This document shows, piece by piece, positions 1-11,300 of a stretch of DNA of 64,000 nt (positions are counted from its first letter, which is position 1; the number at the start of each line of letters is the position of its first letter). Both the position numbers and the translations under genes were made by a program. This stretch comes from Lingula anatina (Eukaryota; Animalia; Brachiopoda): the NCBI GenBank assembly GCA_051362555.1, contig CM120640.1, positions 71,340,788-71,404,787 on the forward strand, in the 5' to 3' direction. Below the pieces are notes generated by a model. It was not told the DNA's origin, did not search any database, and was given only the letters and a program-made list of their open reading frames with translations.

Positions 1-76
1 ATGGATGTAGGGTTCATATAAAACTGGCGGATCTCAAAAATGAAATTATTCTGCCCCCAAAAGACTCCCAAAACTT

Positions 77-294
77 GCACCCCATTTCCATAGATTAGAT
101 TGACCTACTTTAGATCGACCTAACTCCCTGGGGGTTCACGCTAAATAGCTGTCAGCCGAGCGGACACGAAAGTTAATTACCCCCTTTACAGCTTGTAGTA
201 GGCGGTACGGACATTTAAGTCGGATTATCTGAAAGTAATTTAGTGAGACTCCCCGCGGGGATAGATCGATCTAAAATCTATGGGAATAGAGCCC
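77..294. mobile_element. Fold-back (palindromic) MITE, related to the element at ~18925-19164
   Basis: Arms CCCATTTCCATAGAT...TAGATCGACC and ATAGATCGATCT...ATCTATGGGAATAGAGCCC are imperfect reverse complements. Internal motifs (GCTAAAT, TAATTAC, CAGCTT, AGTAGGCG, AGATCGATC) recur at 18925-19164. Ends are approximate. Confidence 0.6.
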
Positions 295-1271
295 AAGTGT
301 TGCGTTTCTTTTTTCCTTGAGTATACATGATAGCTACTGATGTTTTGTCGTTCGGAGTTAAATTTTTGAAATGATGTCCTGTCTCCTCCGATAAATGAAA
401 TAACTATGCATATCATTTAAATGGAGAACTATCTCTTTCTATAAATCAAAACTTGCAGAAAAATAGCTTTACTATGTAACCCGGTTTGGAAACGTTATGT
501 GAAATTCAATTACACCGAGATTTTAATTTCACCGAGTCGGAGAGAACAAACGTCCAGGGAAAATCAAAATATTATATCGTCTACATACACAGTTTTACAG
601 CTGTTACTTATAATCGACCTTTAGTAGACCATGAAAAGTAATTGTGTATGAAGTCTTGGTGACGGCTGTGACTTCTGTCACCGTTCTGTTTTGACAGGGT
701 TCAACACTCGGTCACCAGGAGGTAGAGCGGCCAGCAAATAATGACCATCCGGTACTGTAATCCGGTGTCACACACTGTGACGACATTCGTCGTAATCCTT
801 GTCCGCCAGCAATGGCTTAAACTATCGTGAACATATTCATGTGTGTATCAAATCCTCTCTGCATACAAAGGTTGTTATGTTAGACCATAAAAGCATTTAG
901 AAGAACATCAAAAACTTTCACCTTGGGATCAGCTTGTCTTTTATGAAACACCTTTCAGACAAATAATCCGACTTAATAAGTCAACAGTAACCAAGACTGT
1001 TCAGCGGGGAGCTAGCATGGGGGTTTTGTAAAACACACATAATATGTTGAATAGGGCGGAATAATAAACTGTTCGTGGTATTTATTTTTCGCCTTTATAG
1101 AACTTTGTTGTAAACTGGCTAAGACGGGCTAGGTTAGTTACCTGTGAGTACAGCCGGTACCAGTGGAGTTATATGTGTAGTAGAGGGTTTACAACACCCC
1201 AGCTAAGACACAAGAACTGAGGTTTATTTCAGATATTAATTTGATACAGCTGATGTGCTGATGGTGGAACC

Positions 1272-3537
1272 ATGGCCGCCGAGCAGGTAAAAAAATATTT
1301 TTGTTATTTTATTCACCTTCACTCTGCGCTGTCCAGATCATGGGGAGGTTTTGATAACACTAATTTGGTTTTCTGGAGGTCACTTCATATGAAAACACTT
1401 GCTTACACCAAGGACCCAATAAATGTGTCCTTAATTGTTTTTTTTATTATTTCGCACGCTTTATTTTCCTCTGATGCAGAAGTTTTACACAGATGGATTC
1501 AAACAAGTATATTTTAGCTGATAATGCGTAAACACAGTAAAAGAGGTTTAAAAGAAAAATAAAACGATCACAGCTGATAACATGCTTCAGAATTTTCTGA
1601 AGTAAGTTTCGTCAAAATTTTAAATAATACCGTTCTCTTAATTTACAGCTAACATCCCATACTTAGAAACTTAAAACTTGTAACTGAAAATGTTTCACTA
1701 AAAAAAACTGGTTGCCCTTCCGACTGCTCTGTAATTCTGTAGATAATTCTTTAAATTAATGGTTTTGTTAAAGTGAATATAGTGACGCCCTACAGAGGAG
1801 AGAGAGGAGCGCGGTATCACATCCAGTGGTTGGCGCAGTGCTTCAAAAGGCTTCCAGAAAATACGACATAAGGGGTAAAAACAAAGGAGAAAAATAGGAC
1901 TTTTTGTGGTAAATTATAGCAAATAATAATATAAATAGAAATAGAAAAAAATAATGATTTTATATCTAAGATGCCTTTCCAACAACCCCTAAGCCATTCT
2001 TGTACCGAATAGTTAATGATACAGTAACTAAATACATATATTGCATGTACAAAAAACGTATCTCAGTTTACTGTGAGTTTTTTTACTTCTTACTTCTAAG
2101 CTTTATATTAGAAGCTACAATCTGCATGTACAGCTAAGGAGATAATATGGACAAATGTATCCACATAAAATGTTCCGCAGTGCGTACTTTTTTCATTATT
2201 TTTCCCCCACAATCAACATGAGGTGACATATAAAATCAACTCTGTATCATAAAAATAGGGAAGAAAGAATTTTTCAAAGAAAATGCCAAAAATAGGAATA
2301 TCTATTTAAGAACAGGGTGAAATAAGAACAGTACAGTCCCGTGCCGCCCTGTTGTGTGTTGGGGCACGAGAGCACGCGGGTCACGGTGAGCAGCATGTGA
2401 CGTCTGCGACCTATTCTATCCAAAACCTCCTTGTTGTGAGCTTTTCTTTGCAAACAAAAGGGTCGTTCAGAAAACATATTTGGTAGCTTTATTACTTATA
2501 AACCGCTCAGAATCGTGGAATTCAGATAAACATGTAGTGATGGCGTGTCAGGGGTACACCAATGTGTTGATTTTATTTTGCTTATCCGCATTTGCCATAC
2601 AACGCAAGCAAACAAACGTTTTTTTTCACCCAACCCCAGCACAACTCACAGTAACTTAATCCTTTTCCCTAATTATTTTTTTCTGCCAGCTTATTGATGT
2701 TATATATTTATTTGTCTGCCGTTTAAGGTTATGTAGACATAAGAAGTCCTCGCCACAACTTGTGTTTGCTTAGCTTTAGACGTGTGTAGTATTTTGTACA
2801 ACTTTTTTGCTCGATGATATTTCCCAGTAATATTTGAAGCAAAACCTTCATTTTTCTTTGTCCTCTTTAATAAAACGTACTTGTATTGATCACACATTTT
2901 ATCATTTTAGAATACAGACAGTTTGAGCGTGAAGGCATTAAAGGACCACACGGACCGCACAGAAGCCTCCCCCAGTGGTAACCGCACCTCATTTCGGCCC
3001 CGGGCAGCGTCTATCATCTCAGAGTCCGGGTCCGTGGCCTCAGGAGGACCCAATGTTAAGGGTGACTTGAGGAAGATGACCACACAGAAGATGGTGATGA
3101 CTGGACTACGTAAGATGAGTATTGTGGCCAAGGACGTGCTGACAAAGAGGAGGATGAGCAAACCCGCCATTCAGTTACAGTACGAGAACACGTACAAAAT
3201 GCACCCGGATGAAGGTACCAAGTTTGCGTCCTACCGAGTAGAGGAGGCGGTGAGAGGGGAGCTGGAGAAACACCTTGAAGATATGAAATACGACCCTACA
3301 AAGACTGCTCGGCTCACTAAGCAAATCTGTGACAAGATTTTAGACAAAGTGAAGGATCTAAATTTCCCGCGTTATAAGTTTGTGGTGCACGTGACAATGG
3401 GACAGAACGGCAACCAAGGGATGGTGGAGGCGAGCAGGTGTATCTGGGACGACAAGACAGATAACTACGCCTGCATTACGTATAAAAACGCCTCCCTGTT
3501 TGCCATAGCTTGTATTTATGGGATGTACTTTGAGTAA
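1272..3537 (+). CDS. Tctex-1 domain dynein light chain (TCTEX1D1/DYNLT5-like); exons 1272-1286 and 2911-3537
   Basis: ATG GCC GCC GAG CAG|gtaaaa joins in phase 0 to ttttag|AAT ACA GAC AGT TTG. Protein has YENTY, PRYKFVVHVTMGQ, SRCIWDDKTDNYA and NASLFAIACIYGMYFE*, the Tctex-1 family signature. Exact paralog unresolved. Confidence 0.9.
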
Positions 3538-4185
3538 AGACGGGGCAGAAAAGAATGAAATCAAAAATAGTGTCAAACACGTGCCATGACAATGCGTTTT
3601 TGTTTTAGGTGATGTAATCACAAACTATGGACTTTTATTACTCAACTCCGATCCTTGAACGCATCAAACACTGGGAGAAACTGGTATTGATTAAGTCCCA
3701 CCACAGACTTTAAACCAACTGTTTAGTGTTTGCGGGTATCCAGTCGCGTTTGCATTGAAAAAAGTTTCGATCTTCTTGGCCCGGCCTTCTGGCAGTGAAA
3801 ACCTGGATCCGCAACCTGATAAGTTTCATGTCGAGAAGGAACAACCTATCTTCAGTGTAAACGCAACTGCACAATTATCTTGGTATGCATAGCACGAAGG
3901 TTGGGTGTGTAACACAGGGAACTTTAGTTCCACATGAAGATCATTGATTATTCAATAAATATTACCTCGTTTATTTATATCCGGTGTCATTTCTATATAA
4001 CAGAATGGGTTATTGCTTTCATGATAACATATGTTTTTATTGCTTGTTAACTGATAGGATCCAACAAAAAGGTTAGGATGCTTGTTTACACTAATCACCA
4101 GTAATAACCCTTGGAAAATAAATTTTATGTCACCAAAGTGAACAGAATTTAAAAACAAGGAAAGGTGATTGTTTTATGAAAATTA

Positions 4186-6083
4186 GGGGAGAGCGGGGTG
4201 GGTTGGAACGCGGGTAAGTTGGAACATTGGCTTTATTTCTTAAATCACAAGACCGATCATGTGCTCCTTCAGCATAAAAATGTCACGTGGCATGGTCATT
4301 CATCCGGTAAACTTGTGGAAGTTTCGAAAATGCAGTAAAAGTTTTATGCGAAAAAAACTTATTTTTGCTACTCGAAGTAAGTTTTCATATTTTTGACATT
4401 CATCGTGCTGTAAACTAAAGTATAAGGATTATATCACTGAAATTGTGCATAGCGTTAAGGACCACCTTGATGTTCAAAAAGCTGTTGTTTTTTTAAAACA
4501 CTTCCCACGTGTTAAAGAAATACAGTGTCATAAGTAGGCCATGACGTCATGGGGGCTGGTCGGAACATTTGACATGGGGCCAGTTGGAACACTGTCAGGG
4601 GTGTTCCAACCCACCCCGCACGGTGTTTTTCATTTTTTAAACCTCTCTAAATATTTTAATTTCAACTTTGAAGAGAGTAGTAACGTAGTAACCCAGTACA
4701 ACTCCAACTGGAGACGGAATCTAGCTGATAGAACATCTCCATGATGCCGGAATGTACATGCGTTTAGAGGATACAAGGGGGGATGGTCACTGCTTGTTAA
4801 ATGCAGTTTCTAGCTGTTTGGTCGAATAGGGGTCTGCATGCCCACTGTTGCTTTTTGCGATAAATTGCTTTTAGATGTGGAAGGAAATGTCGATTATTAC
4901 TCTGCTTCTAGCTGAGAGCCTATGTTATGGATAAACTATACAACACCAATTCTGCCGATATTGTTTTAAATGCTTTGTGTAATGGATTGGGGGTTGCTGT
5001 TAATGTTTAGTGAACGAGGGTACAAAATCCGCCAGAAAAGACAAACATTCACCTCGTAACTTAGGCAAAGATTCAGTTGAAATCTCAGTTGCCCTCACCG
5101 GAAGAGGTGCTACAACACACTAAAGCGCACTTAAGAAAACCCCAAAACAGCTCAAGTCCAGAGGCTCACCGTCGCAGTCCAAAGATTAAAAGAAGAAAAC
5201 GATGCAGTGCAGTACTAACTGACACACCTGAAAATGAGCTACTCGAAAAAGAAAAGGCCAAGCCCAACAAAATTAAAAAGGACAAGCGCAACAAAAATAA
5301 AAAACAGTTAAAGATTTCTAGTCGATAGAGAAAATCAAGAAAAAGGAAATTAAAGATGACCAGCGATTCTGTGTCAGAAGAAGAGTGGGGAGCCGTTCAT
5401 TAACAGCCGACCAAAAGAGAAATGGGTTAAATTCATTGTTTGTCTAAAGTGGTCACATGAAGACTGCACAAAGGTTGACCAAGTGTACATGTATATGTCA
5501 GAACTGCGATTTTGATTCTGAGTTGTTGAGTTGAAAGAGATACAGTTTTCATTTGTAGGTCTAACATACTGTTGTTAATAGGTTGAGATATATGAGTTCA
5601 ATTTCTTTTCTCTTAAACTACACCACTTTTGTTATCATTATGAAATGAAGTGTAACTGGATATGGTTTATATATCGAAAAGACTATTTGAAAGCAAATTG
5701 TAAACGTAAAAAATGCTTACAAACTATGGAGATACGAATACAAAGTAACACTTACTTGTTGGGAAATTAATATAGATAATCCTACTCTTAAAATGAATTA
5801 TACTTTGAATTTATATGCAAGCGTTCCAACTCGCCCTCTTGTTCCAACTCACCCCACTGCCTGTTCCAACTGACCCCGCGGGTGGGGTGAGATGGAACGT
5901 TTCAGGAGGCAACTTTGAGCATTTATAACTCTAAAATAAAAAGACCTACTTGATGTTTTATTTCATAGATGAGTGCGGCATATAATTTTCCCCTATCAGA
6001 TTTTTTATTTTTGTCCCCAAAGCTTTGACTGCTGAGATATCGCAAAAAAGGTGAAAACTGTTCCAACCAACCCCGCTCTCCCC
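4186..6083 (+). mobile_element. Internally deleted pogo/Tc1-mariner superfamily DNA transposon (~1.9 kb)
   Basis: TIRs GGGGAGAGCGGGGT(G/T)GGTTGGAAC at both ends with TA flanks, and several subterminal GTTGGAAC/GTTCCAAC motifs. Degraded transposase C-terminus: KRRKRCSAVLTDTP (5077-5328) then a PHD-like remnant KWVKFIVCLKWSHEDC...YICQNC (~5420-5515). Confidence 0.85.
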
Positions 6084-6796
6084 TACATTATATAGAGTTC
6101 CGTTCAATGTTTTTTAAAAAAAGACTTCACACCTTTACATCGCTGTTACGAGGATCTGTGAATGTTACACGGCTGACGTAGGGATGGATATGTCTGGTTA
6201 AGATATATGGTCTGTTCTTACTTTTAACACATCTGAAAGCCATTGTATCCAACTTTTCACGTCACAAACGGCCATTCCTCCGTTCGCTTTTCCCGGCTCA
6301 CCTAACACACTTTCAGAAGCATTTCTGATCCTACCAAATTATAATTATCTCTTACAATTTGGCGACGGTACTCAATTCGTTACAGAGGCGTTTTTTGCCT
6401 GCATAAAAAAAAAAAAAAAAAAAAAAAAAGCATGATTCTTAGAATCTCTGAAAAAATTCAACACCAGACCAGCAGTATTGTAATTATCACCATCATGATA
6501 ATATTGCTGTTATGTAGGCACTCCTAACCGTGCAATCACAAGCATTGTGCCATCTCCTGATTACTGACGTGATTATGACGCTCACCATTCGACAAACTTC
6601 AAGTGTTGATTCAGCAATAATTATGGTTTAATATACCAGTAGACAGGTGTGTTGTACAGGTGTGTTGTACAGGTGTGGTGTGACAGTGGGAAAATAACTG
6701 TCGTACACCACATTGAATTAATGTGAACTTTAAGTAGGCCCTATCTACGTACATGTAGCAGTGGTACTTTAGCCAGATTACAGGAAAATATAGAAA

Positions 6797-8076
6797 ATGC
6801 GAGGAAAAGGTTTGGTGGCATTTCTGGTGTTCTTTATGGCGGCATGTTTTATAGCTGTCTCAACGTGTACCGAGCCTATGACGCTACAGCAAATCGTCCA
6901 GTCTGGAGACGCGTTCTTCTGTGTTAACAACAAGCCGCAGGGTAAGTATACTGCGACTAAAACGCTGTGGTAAAAAAGCTGCAAAAATAAGATTACCCGA
7001 CTATTCTGTCAAGCAACCAAAAAGTGGGTTGAGAATGTCAAAAGCATCTTTTCAAATTTTAAGTAAATCGTATATAGAAAATCTTTTCAATTTTCAAGTG
7101 AATAGCAAGTAGAAGTTTCAACGTAAATTACAGGCCATGATTAAAAACCCACGATACAGCTGGCTACCACTTGTGTCAAAAATACAGTGGCAGATTTAGA
7201 GGGGGGTTCAGGGGGATCCTGACATTGCAAACGGAGATCCTTCCTGACAGAATAGTGTGTTAAAAAGAGAATACCGTTAATCCATCTTATTTTATCACAT
7301 CTTATTTCAGCATGCGAAAATCGCCGCCCCCAATGCGTCGTGGATCCGTGTCAACGTCATCAGTGTGAACGTGGCCAGTGCATGTGAGCCGTGCTTTTTA
7401 CATTTATTATGAAATATCAGCCAGACCGCCTTTCATGACTACTTTTATACAAAATTCCCAAATTTGATTTGAGGTCCTATTACCGGGAAACATCCCTAAC
7501 GAAAAAGTCCTATAGGATCCTAAAGGTCTTTTTCGTAAGAAAACACACATGCTATTAATATGTATTGTAAAGAGATAATTGTTATATTTGAAATATACAC
7601 AAATTTGTTATTAATGGAAGATTGCCAAATTACTTGTCTGGACATTTTTTAGTTTATTTGTATAAATGTTCATTTGTCCAAATATGGGGACATCGTTAGA
7701 AGTAAGATTCATTTCAGCATGAAAATAATTATAATAAAAATACACAAAATTTCATCAGTGATACCCTCTTCACAGGGCGCCCTAACTGGGACCAATGCGA
7801 CTTTGGATTAACATCATTTAAACCAGTATTACTTTTTTATAAACGTCAGTCTTTCATTGATAATTACTTGGAATTTTAAGATGCACCCCATCATAACATC
7901 AAAAACACAGCGATTGTTTCATTTATGTTCCACCTTAGCTGCAATGCACATAACTTGTGACACAGTCCTACTTAAAAGTATTTCTGTGTGTTGTAATTGA
8001 CAGTTTCTTTTACAGATCTGACTGTATATGTCGGCCACTGTGTGTGTCTGACGGACCCAAAGGAGCCATCTGCTAA
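6797..8076 (+). CDS. Small secreted cysteine-rich protein, 92 aa; exons 6797-6941, 7311-7383, 8016-8076
   Basis: Canonical GT-AG junctions (G|gtaagt, tttcag|CA, AT|gtgagc, ttacag|A) join in frame: MRGKGLVAFLVFFMAACFIAVSTCTEPMTLQQIVQSGDAFFCVNNKPQACENRRPQCVVDPCQRHQCERGQCISDCICRPLCVSDGPKGAIC*. Hydrophobic signal peptide; AATAAA at ~8192. Confidence 0.85.
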
Positions 8077-8374
8077 CGTCGTCTGCTGGTGAAAATCATG
8101 GTGTCATTTGCTAACAATACCCAATATAATCACCAAGGACACCGAACACTGACCATGCAAAGCATCATCATTGCCACAAACTTTTTGGTGAAATAAACAT
8201 TTTGAAACTATTATAGTGAGATCATGCTAGTGCCTTCCATGACTTGATTCTGCCTCTGAAAGTACCTATTGCAGTATAGGGATGTAAACTCTACGAGTAT
8301 CTTAGCTCCATCTTCATCTAAATGAGTATTTGACAGCAATCACATCTTTTAAAACAAGCAATGATGTCACAGAG

Positions 8375-11300
8375 TTAATCCTCTTTTAAGATTGTTTCAA
8401 AAAGTGCAGTTTCCAATCCTGTGGCTGATGTGATCCCTACAAAATAAAATTAAAACTAATGAATTGCCTCAAACATCAATTTTTGTCAATTTTTCAATCA
8501 CTTTCAATACAGAAGGCCTTAACAGACTGTTTTCCAGTTTATCAGAGAGACAAGGTCAATTCAATCTTTTTTCCTGTAATCTATAACAGTTTCTTACCAA
8601 GGGTGACAAACAATCCTGCGATGTTAATACATATTTCTCTGTCCTCATCCGGATATTTCCCATCATGCAGCAGGAGGTAGAAGATGTTTACGTAGGACGC
8701 CCCACCCAGGAGACCAACATAGATCATGTACGCTGGCAGGAGATACTCGGGAATCACTTTAAACTGAAAAAAAATTTAATTGAAATAAATAAGGTTTCTA
8801 CTGGTTACTATATGTATATACATGTATTGTAACACTCTTTTCCTACAATCTTTGAAAAACAGTCAAAGCTGTCATAGCACACATGACAAGTTTTAAAGCT
8901 TATTATTGAATTAACTTGGTTTCCACTCCATGTAAGCCTCCATAAATGTCCAGTTTGAGTGTTACCTACATGGACATCCAGCAGCCAGACCACCATGTTG
9001 ACCAGCTGTAATAGTGTTAACACCTCCACACGCCTTATCTGGATGATCTGTACTGAAGACCTGGATGCAAACACACCCGCCTAGAACCCATAGCAGACAG
9101 ATGATACATAGACAGCTTGAATACTGAATTATTAGGAACCAAGGGAGTGGTCCAAATATGCCACTTTATTATTATGTAAAAAATTGAATTGCTATGGATA
9201 ATCTTTCAAATTTATAAAACAAGTATAAAAGAAAATTGTAAATATCTTGTACCCAATCAATGCACAACAAAAGAATCCACTTTGTATTAATGTTTTTAAA
9301 TATCACTATGGATTTTTTTAGTTTGAATTTTCTAACACTGTATGCAGGAAAGTACCTGATTTGTTGCAAAAAAAAAAAAAAAAAAAAAAAAAATCCAAGG
9401 TTATATATGAATTCACCTTCACCTGGCCGTCCCTACATTTACTGGCATGAAGGTATAGGGGCACATGTCTGATTAGTCAAGGGTATCGTACATTCATGTA
9501 AACCACTGCTGTGACAATTACTACACTGTGCCCCTGGGGTGTAAAGATCATATCTAAACCAAGCTGAAGTTTATATATAACTGGGTTACCTGGTAGCAAA
9601 ACTGCAATGCTGCATAAAACTCTGGACAGCCCACATTATACGCACTCTTTGCTTCCACTTTGGAGGCACAAGCTCTGGCCACATATTCAAACAGATACAC
9701 CAAGCTTAACTGGAAATATACACAGGATATGTACTTGTATAGTGTAATCCAGAAACAGTTGTCATCTTTTTAGAAATATAATAATCTACTATACCTAGCT
9801 GTAGCAATTGAGTGGGAGGTTGGTGTTGGGGTGGGGGTACTGCTTACATTGATACTGTGCCATATAACCAGTTTAAAGCACCTCCAGTATCTCTGAGGAC
9901 GTGTCTCTGGGGGTAGTAGCACAGGGACAGAGGTGATATATACTGGTAGTGTGGTGGGGGTGGGGTACAGCTTACATTGATACTGTGCCATATAACCAGT
10001 TTAAAACACCTCCAGTATCTCTGAGGACGTGTCTCTGGAGGTAGTAGCACAGGGACAGAGGTGATATACTGATGACCAGTGACACTGTGACCTGCACCGT
10101 CGCCAGTTGTGTCATCTTCTGGGTGTTCAGAGGAGGACCTGTCTGCAATAAAAAAAATTATTTCATAGTGATGTTTAGCTGGGTAATATTTAAGTCCACA
10201 ATTTTTACACTGACTATAGCTCAATTCTGTAGGCCCAGTTCCTCCCTGGTTGTGACAGCTCATATAACTATCTCAGCCAGCCATGTAGCTACAAGTAGGT
10301 CTCCACTAACAGGAGATTACTACCTTATTAGGCAAGCCACTTCATTTCTACATACACTTTTCCATACCTGAACACACTGAGTGTAATTGGAAATCACCAT
10401 AAGGGCTTGAGTAAGAGTCATGATGGCACTAGCACTGTGACTTGATTTGTTTCAACCAGCAACAAAACCTTCTTTACTAGCTACTCATGGCTGATTAAAC
10501 CACATACTGTTTATCTATTCTATTCAGGAAAAACCATTTACAATGGAAATCTGCCTCTTCATCTGGTTTTAGCAGTGTGGGATACTGTATGTTGTTCTCT
10601 GAGCCAGAGGCAACGAGGGGTTTATACGGTACACTACTTTTCTCAATCCTCTGTATCCTTTCTGCCCTGTGTTTGTGTGGAGCCTTCACAATGAAGAAGA
10701 ATGACACCCAGTAGATCAGCACCACTGGCATGGTCAGCAGGAAGGCATACCTGGAAATAACACCAATGTTATATTGTGCCATCCAGTAGATCAGCAGCAC
10801 TGACATGGTCAGCAGGAAGGCATACCTGGTTACAACACTGATGTTATATTGTGCCAGACAGTAGATCAGCACCACTGGCATGGTCAGCAAGAAGGCATAC
10901 CTGGAAATAACCATCAAGTTAAATGGAATTCAGTGCTGGAAAATAAAAGATAATTATTGATCTTTCTTTGAAACACACCCACATTTTGCATAATTACATT
11001 TCGTTATAAAAACAAAACTTCAAATGCCATTTATTTATATGTTAGCAATTTTGACACTATTTTAATTGTATTTTAAATAGCATCATTAAAGTTTGTTAAA
11101 AATTAAAGCAAGAACAATACAAATCTAATATTTCTCTAAAATTCTCAACAATTCTCTCAGACTTGTAGTAACCAACCATCATTCTGTTTTGTTTCAAACT
11201 CAAAACTGACATATACAAAGGCACAGATTCAGTCATATGTAGCTTTTCCTTTATTTCTAAAAAGATGCAATGCGCATTTGAACATTACATAGTACAGTAA

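Noticed and set aside
1287-1517. 81-aa ORF at 1272-1517 as a separate gene
   Set aside because: Only MAAEQ is coding; the rest is read-through into the Tctex-1 intron.
9795-9800. 4-nt microexon (cag|CTAG|gtatag) in CLN3
   Set aside because: The flanking exons already join in phase 0 (SIN|LSLVY); inclusion would shift the frame.
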